IMG/VR virus record: IMGVR_UViG_3300046786_000272
Span: 14,062-78,061 of that record
Origin: a virus
Taxonomy: Duplodnaviria; Heunggongvirae; Uroviricota; Caudoviricetes
Reading direction: 5' to 3' (one strand)
Length of the DNA stretch: 64,000 bases
Shown here: positions 1 through 10,031 of the stretch, in pieces
Position numbering within the stretch: position 1 is the first letter of the stretch
Layout: each line of letters starts with the position of its first letter
Notes under the pieces: generated by a model
What the model saw: only the letters and a program-made list of their open reading frames with translations
Database searches by the model: none
What the model was told of the DNA's origin: nothing
Position numbers and translations under genes: made by a program

Positions 1-470
1 CAAATAAACACCACATTACTGGAAAAGCACTGCATGATTTATTTGTTAAAAAGTTTAAAAGAACTCCTGATGATTGGGTCAAGGGAAAACTTGACGAAAC
101 TGACGATGAGCCTTCTTCTGAGATTGAAGATGAAGTAAACAAGTTTGCTCAATGGACAGGTAAAAAATTAAATCTAAAAAACATCCCTAAGATTGAGTTG
201 AGTTATGATACCCAAGACGCACAAGACAATCATCATACAGGTAGACACGTTACCGGTGGTGGAGATATTTGGGTTTATGTAAAGAATCGTAATCTAGTTG
301 ATATATTACGCACTGTATTTCACGAATTGGTTCATGTTCGCCAAGATGAGTTGAACATGATTAAACCTGGATCAAGCTATCCTGGTAGCCCAATCGAAGC
401 TATGGCTGATATGCTTGCGGGCAAGTATATCAAGATTTACGGCGAAAAGAACCATCACATCTTTCAATAA
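1..470 (+). CDS. 5'-truncated CDS; hypothetical protein with HExxH (HELVH) metallopeptidase-like motif
   Basis: Frame 3 is open from window start through the listed ORF 198..470. Motif FHELVHVRQDE. Confidence 0.5.
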   Translation, partial: NKHHITGKALHDLFVKKFKRTPDDWVKGKLDETDDEPSSEIEDEVNKFAQWTGKKLNLKNIPKIELSYDTQDAQDNHHTGRHVTGGGDIWVYVKNRNLVDILRTVFHELVHVRQDELNMIKPGSSYPGSPIEAMADMLAGKYIKIYGEKNHHIFQ

Positions 471-496
471 AATCCATTCTGTGCTATACTGCATAG

Positions 497-1090
497 ATGA
501 TTAAGATTTTAGTCCCTTTACCCAAAAAGATTACTATTGCTTGTAGCGGTGGTGTTGATAGTATGGCTGTCGTTGACTTTCTTAAACGAAAGCATGATGT
601 GACGATTGCATACTTCAATCATGGAACTAAACACGGTAGTGAGGCAATGATGTTTGTGGGAAAGTATTGTGCTGATAACAATATTCCCATGATGTACGGG
701 CAATGTCGTAGTGAAAAGGGTGAAAAAGAATCACAGGAAGAATATTGGCGCAGAGAACGATATGACTATCTGAGTGAATTGGGGCCGGTCATTACATGTC
801 ATCACTTAGACGATTGTATAGAAACATATATCTGGTCTAGTCTGCATGGTACTCCTAAAGTCATCCCACTCACACGCAATAACGTGCTTAGACCTTTTCT
901 AACTACACGTAAACAAGAATTTATTTCTTGGTGTGAGCGCCACAATGTATCTTGGATCGAAGACACTTCAAACAAAGACACAAAATATATGCGTAACTAT
1001 GTTCGCAACGAACTAATGCCTCACGCATTGCATGTTAATCCAGGTCTTCACAATGTAGTCAAACGTATTGTTGAAAACAAATCACAATGA
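497..1090 (+). CDS. PP-loop ATPase, TilS (tRNA(Ile)-lysidine synthetase) N-terminal-domain-like; lacks the C-terminal tRNA-binding domains
   Basis: SGGVDS PP-loop; CHHLDDCIETY and SWIEDTSNKDTKYMRNYVRNEL resemble the TilS HHLDDQ.ET / WxEDxSN / RN motifs; only 197 aa. Confidence 0.65.
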   Translation: MIKILVPLPKKITIACSGGVDSMAVVDFLKRKHDVTIAYFNHGTKHGSEAMMFVGKYCADNNIPMMYGQCRSEKGEKESQEEYWRRERYDYLSELGPVITCHHLDDCIETYIWSSLHGTPKVIPLTRNNVLRPFLTTRKQEFISWCERHNVSWIEDTSNKDTKYMRNYVRNELMPHALHVNPGLHNVVKRIVENKSQ

Positions 1091-2629
1091 GTACATTATT
1101 TTACAGTACTCTACTATCTTACTACGATTTTGAGTTCTAAAAAACTCAGCAGGATATTCATTTCTGCGCTTGTTTTCAATGTCATCTTTAGGTACACCGT
1201 ACCACAATAGATTGGGAATCGACCACGTAACTACTTTGCGATGTTCTGCTAGCTTTTCGTTCAGTCTATTTGCATGATACCCTGCACTATCTCTAGTCCA
1301 ATTGTCATTTTTCCAATCAGCAAAAATTGAATTAGGTTGAGATGGCAACATAGTAAACCCATACTTAGATGAATTTTTATCAAACTCTGATTTAATCGAC
1401 CATACAGGACCATCGTCAGGGCCATTTAATCCTAGGCGTTCAAATGTTATACTATGTAAATCATTCTGTATGAACCAATCAGCAGTACTATCTACACTCT
1501 CGATGGTTTCACCTGTAATGCCTACAATAAAGTTAGTATGAATAGGTACTTTGTGATCCCATATATTGTGATACAGTTCAGGAATAAATTCTCTAGCATG
1601 TTTTCCACTCCATGCTTTGCCCACAATGTTACTAGCACTTGGGTGTAATGATTCTAAACCAAAGAACGCTCCATACAATCCTGACTCTTTAAGATAATGT
1701 GCAGTGTCAGGGAAACGATGTACTAAGTCTGCACGAATATAACTTGCGTAGTTGATTTTAAACGGAAGCGTTTGTGTCATGTCATAGAACGCCTTCATTT
1801 TAGTTTCTGTATCGTTAAAGGTATCATCAATGATATAATATGTTGTGGTGCCAAAGTTCTCGTAGTTGTATAGAATTTCTTCTTTTAAAAATTCCATACC
1901 GCGTATATAATCTAATTTCTTTTTACCCAAATGAGGGTATTGGCAAAATCTGCAAGCAAAGATACATCCTCTGCTTATATCCAGTGGTAATGGTTCACCG
2001 GGTAAGATGCCATCTTGTTTAGACCATTTGAAGTCATCTACTTCAATGTTGTATATTGGATTTCTAGCCTTGTTGTATACTGGTCTCTTGTTTGGATCCC
2101 ACCAACATTCTACTGATTCTGGTGGCTCTGAACCTGTAGTTAAGTGATTCATATATTCTAAAAAGATTTCTTCAGATGCTGTAGTATATGACATTACGGT
2201 AGCATCAACTACTCCTAGTCCTGCTAGCTTTTCCGATTTGTAACCACCTAATACTATTTTTATATCAGGAAAGTCTTGCTTAATTCTTTTTAGGATATCT
2301 AAGTTAGATTCAGAGATCCAATACTTTCTACCATTTGAATGTGTATGCACAGACAATGCTAAAAAGGTTGTTGATATTGCCAAAACTTTTGTGTCTTTTG
2401 TGATAAATTTTCTGGTTAATTTTTCTATGATATCACTGGGTAGAAAATCAATGAAGTCGATAACCTGGGATGTATAGTTGTGCTTGCGTAACCAATATGC
2501 AACCTTATAAGGACCGATTGTCCTTGAAACACCCCAATCAACCCCACCATTCCAAAAGATTATATTCATGCAAATATTTAGTATGTGTTTTATGTTACCT
2601 AAAATAGTTGACTTCTCTACACAAGCCAA
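1082..2629 (-). CDS. Cobalamin (B12)-binding radical SAM enzyme
   Basis: CIFACRFC = CxxxCxxC radical-SAM cluster motif preceded by an N-terminal B12-binding-like domain (IKIVLGGYKSEK). 515 aa. Only minus-strand gene in the first 22 kb. Confidence 0.65.
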   Translation of the reverse strand: MACVEKSTILGNIKHILNICMNIIFWNGGVDWGVSRTIGPYKVAYWLRKHNYTSQVIDFIDFLPSDIIEKLTRKFITKDTKVLAISTTFLALSVHTHSNGRKYWISESNLDILKRIKQDFPDIKIVLGGYKSEKLAGLGVVDATVMSYTTASEEIFLEYMNHLTTGSEPPESVECWWDPNKRPVYNKARNPIYNIEVDDFKWSKQDGILPGEPLPLDISRGCIFACRFCQYPHLGKKKLDYIRGMEFLKEEILYNYENFGTTTYYIIDDTFNDTETKMKAFYDMTQTLPFKINYASYIRADLVHRFPDTAHYLKESGLYGAFFGLESLHPSASNIVGKAWSGKHAREFIPELYHNIWDHKVPIHTNFIVGITGETIESVDSTADWFIQNDLHSITFERLGLNGPDDGPVWSIKSEFDKNSSKYGFTMLPSQPNSIFADWKNDNWTRDSAGYHANRLNEKLAEHRKVVTWSIPNLLWYGVPKDDIENKRRNEYPAEFFRTQNRSKIVEYCKIMYSL

Positions 2630-2636
2630 GTATACT
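2608..2636 (+). promoter_or_regulatory. sigma70-like promoter TTGACT-17-TATACT in the divergent intergenic region
   Basis: TTGACT 2608-2613, 17-nt spacer, TATACT 2631-2636, followed by AAGGAG RBS and ATG at 2660. Confidence 0.5.
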
Positions 2637-2659
2637 AACTAGATATTTAAGGAGAACCT

Positions 2660-2926
2660 ATGTCAGACTATAACCGCACTTTCAATAACGAAGCAAAAAT
2701 CAAACTAACACAACTTATCAATGAGGGCATGACTGTAATGCATGAGATTGATACATTGAATGGTGGCTTGAACGACACTATTAAAGCAGTTGCAGAAGAA
2801 TTGGAAATCAAAGCTTCAACATTGAAGAAGGCAGTACGCATTGCACACAAAGCATCATTGGGTCAAACAAATAAGGACCATGATGAACTCAACACCATCT
2901 TGGAGACAGTTGGTAAGACTCTATGA
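2660..2926 (+). CDS. hypothetical protein (88 aa)
   Basis: ORF with AAGGAG RBS; its stop overlaps the start of the next gene. Confidence 0.55.
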   Translation: MSDYNRTFNNEAKIKLTQLINEGMTVMHEIDTLNGGLNDTIKAVAEELEIKASTLKKAVRIAHKASLGQTNKDHDELNTILETVGKTL

Positions 2927-5637
2927 GTTATATTGATGCGATTCACAGTAGAGATGAGGATCGTATTTATGTAGTTGAGAGGGATACTGCCGGCAAACGG
3001 CAGTATAAAGAATTCCCGACTAACTACGTATTCTATTATGCTGATCCTAAGGGTAAGCACCGTAGCATTTACAACGATTCGGTATCTAGATTCAGTACAC
3101 GAAAGCGTACTGAGTTTGAGAAAGAACGTAGGATTCATCATGGCAAGAAATTGTTCGAGAGTGATGTTAACGTTGTATTCCGTTGTCTAAGTGAAAACTA
3201 TTTAGGTGTTGATGCCCCTAAACTACACACATGCTTTTTCGACATTGAAGTAGACTTTGATCCTGAGAAAGGCTTCAGTCCTACAAGTGATCCATTCAAT
3301 CCTGTAACAGCGATTAGTTGTTACTTAGATTGGCTAGATCAATGTGTTACTCTAGTCATTGCGCCTAAGCATATGTCTAAAGAAACGGCGAATGAGATTG
3401 TCAGTGAGTTTGAAAACACTATGCTATTCACAAATGAGAAGGACATGTTTGATGTGTTCTTTCAATTGATTGAAGATGCAGATGTGTTAACTGGTTGGAA
3501 CTCAGAAGGCTATGATATTCCATACATGGTCAATAGAGTTACACGTGTCATGTCGAAAGATGATACTCGCAAGTTCTGCTTGATGGGTCAATTGCCTAAG
3601 CCAAGAGAATACGAACGATTCGGCAAAGTTGAAATGACATATGACTTAGTAGGTCGTATTCACATGGACTATTTACAGTTGTACAAGAAGTATAACTATG
3701 AATCACGACACAGTTACAAACTAGATTCTATCGGTGAGATGGAAGTAGGTGAGAACAAAACACAATATGAAGGTACACTTGACCAGTTGTATAACAAAGA
3801 CTTTAAAAAGTTTATTGAATACAACAGACAAGATACAATGCTTTTAGTGAAGATTCACAACAAGCTTAAGTTTTTAGAGTTGGCAAATCAACTAGCACAC
3901 GAGAATACTGTACTGCTTCCAACAGTTATGGGTTCAGTGGCTATGATTGAAATGGCTATTATGAATGAATCGCACGAGCGAGGATTAGTTGTTCCAGATA
4001 AAAAACGAAAGGTTGAAGATGCAGATGAAATCCAGCAAGCGGCAGGTGCCTTTGTTGCTACGCCGAAACGAGGCATGCACGAATGGGTCGGAGCAGTTGA
4101 CATTAACTCGCTCTACCCCTCGGTTATTCGTGCCCTTAACATGGCCCCAGAAACAATCGTTGCTCAAGTCAGACAAACACTCACTGACCAGTACATGAAA
4201 GAAAAGGGACTCAAACTTGCAATGGAGAAAAAACGTTACAAGGATGGGGACGATGCGGTTGAAGGTGCTATCTTATGGGAAGGATTGTTTGGTGCATTAG
4301 AGTACACAGCAATCATGAGCCAAGAACGTGGTACTATCTTAACTGTAGACTTTGAAGATGGTCGCACTGTGGAAATGAGTGCGGCAGAAGTATGGAAGAT
4401 GATTTTTGATAGTCATAAGCCTTACATGTTATCAGCAAATGGTACAATCTTTACTTACGAGAAAGAGGGTGTGATTCCTGGTCTATTGACTCGTTGGTAC
4501 TCAGATCGTAAGACGATGCAGAAGAAACTAAAAGAAGCTACAACTGATAGTGATAAAGAGTATTGGGATAAGCGTCAATTAGTTCGTAAGATTTTACTTA
4601 ACTCAGCTTACGGTGCGTTGTTGAATGAACACTGTCGTTTCTATGATAAGCGTATCGGTCAAAGTGTTACATTGAGTGGTCGTCAGATTGTTAAACACAT
4701 GATGAGCCAGATCAATCAAACTGTTGCAGGTGAGTATTCACATGAAGGTGAAGCTATTGTATATGGAGATACTGACTCATGTTATTTCTCTGCGTACAAA
4801 ACATTGAAGCCTCAGATTGAATCTGGTGAGTTATCTTGGGACAAAGAGTTGTGCATTGGGTTGTATGATTCAATCGCAGACGAAGCTAATGATAGTTTCC
4901 CAGCATTCATGGAGAAAGCATTTCATGCTCCTCGTAAGAATGGTGAGATTATCAAAGCTGGTCGTGAATTGATCGGTGATCGTAGTATCTTTATCACGAA
5001 GAAGCGTTATGCTATCAACATCTTTGACAAAGAGGGCAAGCGCAAAGACAAAGATAAACCTGGTGATATCAAAGCTATGGGTCTTGACTTGAAACGTGCT
5101 GATACACCTAAGTATGTGCAAGAGTTCTTGTTAGAAGTTCTCAGTATGGTTATTCAACATGGTAAACAACGTGATGAAGTCATTGAGAAGGTAAAAGAAT
5201 TCAAACGTGTACTAGCCGCACAAGACAGTTGGACTAAAGGTTCTCCTAAGGGTGTGAACAAGCTTACATACTACGGTGATCTTGAAGCTAAGAGTGCATC
5301 AGGCAAAGCAAACATGCCTGGTCACGTTCGTGCGGCATTGAACTACAATTACTTGCGTAGAGTAAATGGAGATCAATATAGTCAGAAGATTGTTGATGGT
5401 ATGAAGGTAATCGTTTGTAAGTTAAAACCTAATCCCTTAGGATTTACAAGTGTTGCTTACCCAACTGATGAACTACGATTGCCTCAATGGTTCTGCGAGT
5501 TACCATTCGATGATAAAGAAATGGAAAAGACTCTAGTTGACGAAAAGATTGACAACTTACTGGGCGTGTTAGATTGGGATATTCGTTCTAACACAGATAC
5601 AAATTCAACGTTTGATGATTTATTCACATTCGGTTAA
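2923..5637 (+). CDS. Family B DNA polymerase (T4 gp43-like) with 3'-5' exonuclease domain
   Basis: Exo I motif FFDIEVD; KILLNSAYGAL (KxxxNSxYG); YGDTDS catalytic motif. 904 aa. Confidence 0.92.
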   Translation: MSYIDAIHSRDEDRIYVVERDTAGKRQYKEFPTNYVFYYADPKGKHRSIYNDSVSRFSTRKRTEFEKERRIHHGKKLFESDVNVVFRCLSENYLGVDAPKLHTCFFDIEVDFDPEKGFSPTSDPFNPVTAISCYLDWLDQCVTLVIAPKHMSKETANEIVSEFENTMLFTNEKDMFDVFFQLIEDADVLTGWNSEGYDIPYMVNRVTRVMSKDDTRKFCLMGQLPKPREYERFGKVEMTYDLVGRIHMDYLQLYKKYNYESRHSYKLDSIGEMEVGENKTQYEGTLDQLYNKDFKKFIEYNRQDTMLLVKIHNKLKFLELANQLAHENTVLLPTVMGSVAMIEMAIMNESHERGLVVPDKKRKVEDADEIQQAAGAFVATPKRGMHEWVGAVDINSLYPSVIRALNMAPETIVAQVRQTLTDQYMKEKGLKLAMEKKRYKDGDDAVEGAILWEGLFGALEYTAIMSQERGTILTVDFEDGRTVEMSAAEVWKMIFDSHKPYMLSANGTIFTYEKEGVIPGLLTRWYSDRKTMQKKLKEATTDSDKEYWDKRQLVRKILLNSAYGALLNEHCRFYDKRIGQSVTLSGRQIVKHMMSQINQTVAGEYSHEGEAIVYGDTDSCYFSAYKTLKPQIESGELSWDKELCIGLYDSIADEANDSFPAFMEKAFHAPRKNGEIIKAGRELIGDRSIFITKKRYAINIFDKEGKRKDKDKPGDIKAMGLDLKRADTPKYVQEFLLEVLSMVIQHGKQRDEVIEKVKEFKRVLAAQDSWTKGSPKGVNKLTYYGDLEAKSASGKANMPGHVRAALNYNYLRRVNGDQYSQKIVDGMKVIVCKLKPNPLGFTSVAYPTDELRLPQWFCELPFDDKEMEKTLVDEKIDNLLGVLDWDIRSNTDTNSTFDDLFTFG

Positions 5638-5645
5638 ACTGGTAG

Positions 5646-5674
5646 TTGACTTACGTATTAAGTGCCGCTATAAT
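5646..5674 (+). promoter_or_regulatory. sigma70-like promoter TTGACT-17-TATAAT
   Basis: TTGACT 5646-5651, TATAAT 5669-5674, upstream of the ATG at 5718. Confidence 0.5.
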
Positions 5675-5717
5675 ACTAAGAACAACTACCTAAATAGTTA
5701 CTATACAAAGGAAAAAC

Positions 5718-6449
5718 ATGAAAGATAATTTACAAGACTTGATTCAATACACACATGGTCTAGGTGTCATTGACTTGATTAAAATCACAGGTACAGACAA
5801 AGAGACACAAATCAATGCTATTGCAGAAGACAAGAGCGTTGTTGTCAGTGGCACTACAAAGCACCCGATCGCTGAATTTATCGGCACATTTGGTATGCCT
5901 AACTTGAGCAAACTAAAGACGATCTTGGGCTTTGATGACTACGGTACTGACTCAAAAATTAACGTTACACAAACACAACGTGACGGTGTCGATGTTCCTA
6001 GCGCAATTCACTTTGAAACTAAGTCAGGTGATTTCGTTAACGACTATCGCTTGATGGCAAAGACTATCGTTGACGAGAAAGTTAAGAGTGTTACATTCAA
6101 AGGTGCTACTTGGAATGTTGAGTTTACTCCAACTATCGCAGGTATTCAGCGTTTGAAGAAGCAAGCGCAAGCAAACAGTGAAGAACAAAACTTTGCTACA
6201 AAAACAGATAATGGTGATTTGAAGATTTACTTTGGTGACCCATCAACTCACAGCGGTAACTTTGTGTTTCAATCAGGTGTGACTGGTAACTTAACTAAGC
6301 CTCACAAGTGGCCTGTGAAAGTATTCCAAGCTATCATGGATCTTCCCGGTGACAAGACTGTTCGTATCAGTGATGCAGGCGCAGTTGAAATCACAGTCGA
6401 TAGTGGTCTAGCTACATATCGTTACTTGTTGCCCGCACAAGCAAAATGA
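5718..6449 (+). CDS. hypothetical protein (243 aa); position next to the polymerase makes a replication accessory role possible
   Basis: ORF with own promoter and AAGGA RBS; no diagnostic motif recognised. Confidence 0.55.
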   Translation: MKDNLQDLIQYTHGLGVIDLIKITGTDKETQINAIAEDKSVVVSGTTKHPIAEFIGTFGMPNLSKLKTILGFDDYGTDSKINVTQTQRDGVDVPSAIHFETKSGDFVNDYRLMAKTIVDEKVKSVTFKGATWNVEFTPTIAGIQRLKKQAQANSEEQNFATKTDNGDLKIYFGDPSTHSGNFVFQSGVTGNLTKPHKWPVKVFQAIMDLPGDKTVRISDAGAVEITVDSGLATYRYLLPAQAK

Positions 6450-6823
6450 TTGACTACGTAGTTGGTGGTGAGTACCTCAATGTTACTAGTAACAAAGGTG
6501 CTCAGCCTTATATCAATATGTCTAGTACTCAGCCTATGATAGGTGCATTGTCATACGACCACAATAGTCAACAGATGAAAGTCTATGATGGTAATGGATG
6601 GATGACTATTGGTGGAGGTAGTGCTACTGTCAATCTATCAGCAAACGCTATCAGTATATTGAAGTGGGCTGAAAAGAAAATGTTCGAAGAATACGAACGT
6701 GAACGATTAGCAGAAACTAATCCTACTATCAAAGACCTTATAGATCAGATTAAACAAAAAGAAGAACAAATTAAAGTTGTTCAAACATTGATTAAAGAAG
6801 AAGAAAAAATTGCAACAAGATAA
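6446..6823 (+). CDS. hypothetical protein with C-terminal coiled-coil
   Basis: ATGA overlap with the upstream gene; K/E-rich heptad-like C-terminus. Confidence 0.5.
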   Translation: MIDYVVGGEYLNVTSNKGAQPYINMSSTQPMIGALSYDHNSQQMKVYDGNGWMTIGGGSATVNLSANAISILKWAEKKMFEEYERERLAETNPTIKDLIDQIKQKEEQIKVVQTLIKEEEKIATR

Positions 6824-8387
6824 TCTATCAGCAAAACAAGATCCTGAATGGGCACTGTTCTTACCAGCAGTCTCTAGCTTTTACATCAGTGGGCTAGGTA
6901 AACAACGTAAAGGTGAAAATTATTTTGACCAGTCACGTATTCCTGCAGGGTTCAACGGTGATGTTGAGAAATTGAACTTCTTGAATAGCAAAGAAGGTGT
7001 CTATACTTATAAGTGGGGTTTGTATTCTGCTGGTCACGCAAATTTAGATCCAACTAAAGATGACTCTAGTGAGAGTATCATCCGTGAGCGTGAAGAAGGT
7101 ACGTTCATGTTGGGTGACTCAGGTGGATTTCAGATTCTCAAATGTCAGTGGCCTGCTGATTGGAAAGATCCTAACTGCCCACGTGCAATGAAGAAACGTA
7201 AAGAAGTTCTCACGTGGATGGATACATACATGGACTATGGTATGTGTTTAGATATTCCATCACAGTCCTTAACAACCTTTAACATTAAGGATCCTAAGAC
7301 TGGTAAGAGTGCTCACGGTATCAGTACTATTGAGGAAGCTATAACTGCTACCCATATCAACAACGAATACTTTATCAAGAATCGTTCGGGTAAATGCAAG
7401 TTCTTAAATGTATTGCAAGGTCGCAATCATACACAAAGTGATGATTGGTATGCTGAAATGAAGAAGTATTGTGATCCAAATATTTACCCAGAGAATCACT
7501 TTAATGGTTGGGCATTCGGTGGTCAGAATAAGATTGATCCTCATTTGATGTTGACCCGTATGGTTGATATTATTCATGATGGATTACTACAAGAAGGTAA
7601 GCATGACTTGATTCACTGCTTGGGTACAAGTATTTTAGAGTATGCTGTATTGTTTACGGATATTCAGAAAGCTATTCGCAAGTATCACAACCCAAAACTT
7701 CAGATTACATTTGACTGTGCAAGCCCATTCTATAGTGCGGCTAAAGGTTTAGGTTATTTCAATACAAGTATTGAACACAATAAAAAGTGGGCATACAGTA
7801 TGGAAAAGACAATGGATAATAAGAAGTATGGCGTACCTCAAACAGGTATGGCAGGTGGTGACCAACGTAAGTTTAGTGATGCTATTATTAATGACGGCAT
7901 CCATAAACTCTTTACAGATAGTCCAGTAACTGATAAACTAGTCGTTAAGGACGTGTGTTATAGGGGTCAAGGCTTCTTAGGCGCACATAATAAAGAAACA
8001 AAAACTAGTTGGGATACTTTGAGCTACACATTGATTCAGTCTCATAATGTTTGGATGCATATGAATGCAGTTCAAGAGGCTAATCGTCAATATCAGAACG
8101 GTGTTGTTCCTAAGATGCTAGTTCATAAATTAGAAGGTGACAAATTCTTTAGTAATCTTGTTGATGAAATCTTTAGTAAGAAAACTAAACAAGAAGCACT
8201 AGATGTTATTAACTATCACAATAGCTATTGGAAGCAGTTTCAATCAGGTAGTCAAGGTATTAGCGGTAAGAAAACTGAGAACGCTATGACTATGTTTGAC
8301 CAATTGTTTGAAGTAGCTAGTGAGCCTGAAGTAGACGAAATCGTTGAAGATAGCGATGATGCAATGTTAGAAGTATTGGGGGATTAA
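6810..8387 (+). CDS. tRNA-guanine transglycosylase superfamily protein, DpdA-like (candidate DNA 7-deazaguanine transglycosylase)
   Basis: FMLGDSGGFQIL matches the TGT/DpdA catalytic LTDSGGFQ motif; 525 aa; no CxCxxC zinc motif seen. Confidence 0.6.
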   Translation: MQQDNLSAKQDPEWALFLPAVSSFYISGLGKQRKGENYFDQSRIPAGFNGDVEKLNFLNSKEGVYTYKWGLYSAGHANLDPTKDDSSESIIREREEGTFMLGDSGGFQILKCQWPADWKDPNCPRAMKKRKEVLTWMDTYMDYGMCLDIPSQSLTTFNIKDPKTGKSAHGISTIEEAITATHINNEYFIKNRSGKCKFLNVLQGRNHTQSDDWYAEMKKYCDPNIYPENHFNGWAFGGQNKIDPHLMLTRMVDIIHDGLLQEGKHDLIHCLGTSILEYAVLFTDIQKAIRKYHNPKLQITFDCASPFYSAAKGLGYFNTSIEHNKKWAYSMEKTMDNKKYGVPQTGMAGGDQRKFSDAIINDGIHKLFTDSPVTDKLVVKDVCYRGQGFLGAHNKETKTSWDTLSYTLIQSHNVWMHMNAVQEANRQYQNGVVPKMLVHKLEGDKFFSNLVDEIFSKKTKQEALDVINYHNSYWKQFQSGSQGISGKKTENAMTMFDQLFEVASEPEVDEIVEDSDDAMLEVLGD

Positions 8388-8388
8388 C

Positions 8389-8601
8389 ATGCCATATAAA
8401 AATCGTATTAAAACACTAGAAGAATCACATAGACTAGTTGACAATCAGTTGTTCCAATTAGAGAAGTCAGGTAGCAACGATTCTGATAAAATACAGAAAC
8501 TACGTGAAACAAAAGATAAGTATCTCACCGATCTGCGTATCATGCGCCGAGCACAATGGGATCATGACCATGAAACAATTGACTATGAGGATGACAGATG
8601 A
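8389..8601 (+). CDS. hypothetical protein (70 aa), DUF465/YdcH-like
   Basis: Short coiled-coil protein with pattern L..H..LD..I..LEK....D...L..LK..K..L.D. Confidence 0.45.
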   Translation: MPYKNRIKTLEESHRLVDNQLFQLEKSGSNDSDKIQKLRETKDKYLTDLRIMRRAQWDHDHETIDYEDDR

Positions 8602-9053
8602 TTGAACAACGTAACCAAGTAATGTTAGAAACACGAACACGTATCAAAGATAAAGCCAAGCGTATGATCTTTGTTACTTTTCAAAAAGAAGGTATTCATA
8701 AATACCCGGCAGCCGCATCAGACTTTAACCTCAAAACAGGTGACCAGTATGATGTTAGCTTTTTAGGAACTCCACATCGTCACATCTTTCACTTTAATGT
8801 GGCGATTGAAGTATTTCACAACGACAGGGATATTGAGTTTATTCAATTCAAACGTTGGCTAGAGAATCAATACTCTAACGGCATCTTAGAATTGAATTAC
8901 AAAAGTTGTGAAATGATTAGTGATGACCTCTATGATGTTATTGCTAGTAGATATCCAGAACGTGAAATCATTATCACAGTCTCCGAAGACGGTGAGAATG
9001 GTGCTACGATTCAATATAAACTTAACCAACCTTATCAACAACTCGCTATTTAA
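8598..9053 (+). CDS. hypothetical protein (151 aa)
   Basis: ATGA overlap with the upstream gene. Confidence 0.5.
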   Translation: MIEQRNQVMLETRTRIKDKAKRMIFVTFQKEGIHKYPAAASDFNLKTGDQYDVSFLGTPHRHIFHFNVAIEVFHNDRDIEFIQFKRWLENQYSNGILELNYKSCEMISDDLYDVIASRYPEREIIITVSEDGENGATIQYKLNQPYQQLAI

Positions 9054-9066
9054 AGGAATTAATAAA

Positions 9067-9273
9067 ATGGCAAAACCTACTTTTCAACCTAATCCCCGCG
9101 TCCGTCAGATTTTTGAAGACCTAGAAAAATATCTAGAATTCTGTCAGGATTTCGGTTACAAGTTTGATGAATCCACGATGTATGACATGCGTAGTTTTGC
9201 ATATCGTCAGCATCAAAAGAACTTGGCAGGTAAGCCTGCTAAGGACATGTGGCAGGAAGCAATTATCCGATGA
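9067..9273 (+). CDS. hypothetical protein (68 aa)
   Basis: ATG at 9067 preceded by AAGGA. The listed ORF 8920..9273 extends upstream without an RBS and overlaps the previous gene. Confidence 0.45.
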   Translation: MAKPTFQPNPRVRQIFEDLEKYLEFCQDFGYKFDESTMYDMRSFAYRQHQKNLAGKPAKDMWQEAIIR

Positions 9274-10031
9274 AGATAGTTGTAGTCACTGGTGGATTTG
9301 ATCCACTACACAGCGGTCACATTGAATACTTCAAGGCTGCTAAACAACTCGGTGATAAACTAATCGTTGGGTTGAACAGTGACGAATGGCTGACTCGTAA
9401 GAAGGGTCAGCCTTTCATGCCTATGGAAGAACGACTAGCTATCATAAGTCATCTAGCAATGGTAGACGGTACCGTTAAATTTAACGATGACGATAATTCT
9501 AGTATAGATGCAATTCATAAAACAAGAACATCATTTCCAGACGCAGAAATTATCTTTGCGAATGGTGGTGATAGAACATCATATAATATACCCGAAATGT
9601 CAGAGAAAGATGTTGTCTTTAAGTTTGGTGTAGGCGGTGAGAACAAAATGAATAGTAGTTCTTGGATATTACGTGAATGGAAACAACCAAAAACATTGCG
9701 TGACTGGGGATACTATCGTATACTACATGATGTGCCCGGCTGTAAAGTAAAAGAATTAACAGTAGAGCCAGGTAAGAGTTTAAGTATGCAAAAACATTTT
9801 AAACGTCATGAATTTTGGCATGTTACTGAAGGTAAATGTATACTTGATATGAAATTACCCAGTGGATATAGTTTGCCACCTATGGATCTTGTAACACACA
9901 GTCAAGTACAAATTCCACAGGGTGATTGGCATAGACTAAGTAATCCATATAGTACACCATGTCGTATCGTAGAGATACAATATGGTGATGAATGTATTGA
10001 AGAAGACATAGAAAGAAAAAATAATGCGTAG
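9270..10031 (+). CDS. Bifunctional sugar-phosphate nucleotidyltransferase (RfaE-domain-II / HldE-C cytidylyl/adenylyl-transferase-like) fused to a PMI-type cupin domain
   Basis: IVVVTGGFDPLHSGHIEYF (HxGH nucleotidyltransferase motif, RfaE-II-like); C-terminal WGYYRIL...VKELTVEPGKSLSMQKHFKRHEFWHVTEG is cupin-like as in ManC / type II PMI. Confidence 0.65.
   Translation: MKIVVVTGGFDPLHSGHIEYFKAAKQLGDKLIVGLNSDEWLTRKKGQPFMPMEERLAIISHLAMVDGTVKFNDDDNSSIDAIHKTRTSFPDAEIIFANGGDRTSYNIPEMSEKDVVFKFGVGGENKMNSSSWILREWKQPKTLRDWGYYRILHDVPGCKVKELTVEPGKSLSMQKHFKRHEFWHVTEGKCILDMKLPSGYSLPPMDLVTHSQVQIPQGDWHRLSNPYSTPCRIVEIQYGDECIEEDIERKNNA

Noticed and set aside
8920-9066. Long 5' extension of the 9067..9273 ORF (listed start 8920)
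   Set aside because: The extension overlaps the 3' end of 8598..9053 in another frame and has no RBS. The ATG at 9067 follows AAGGA.
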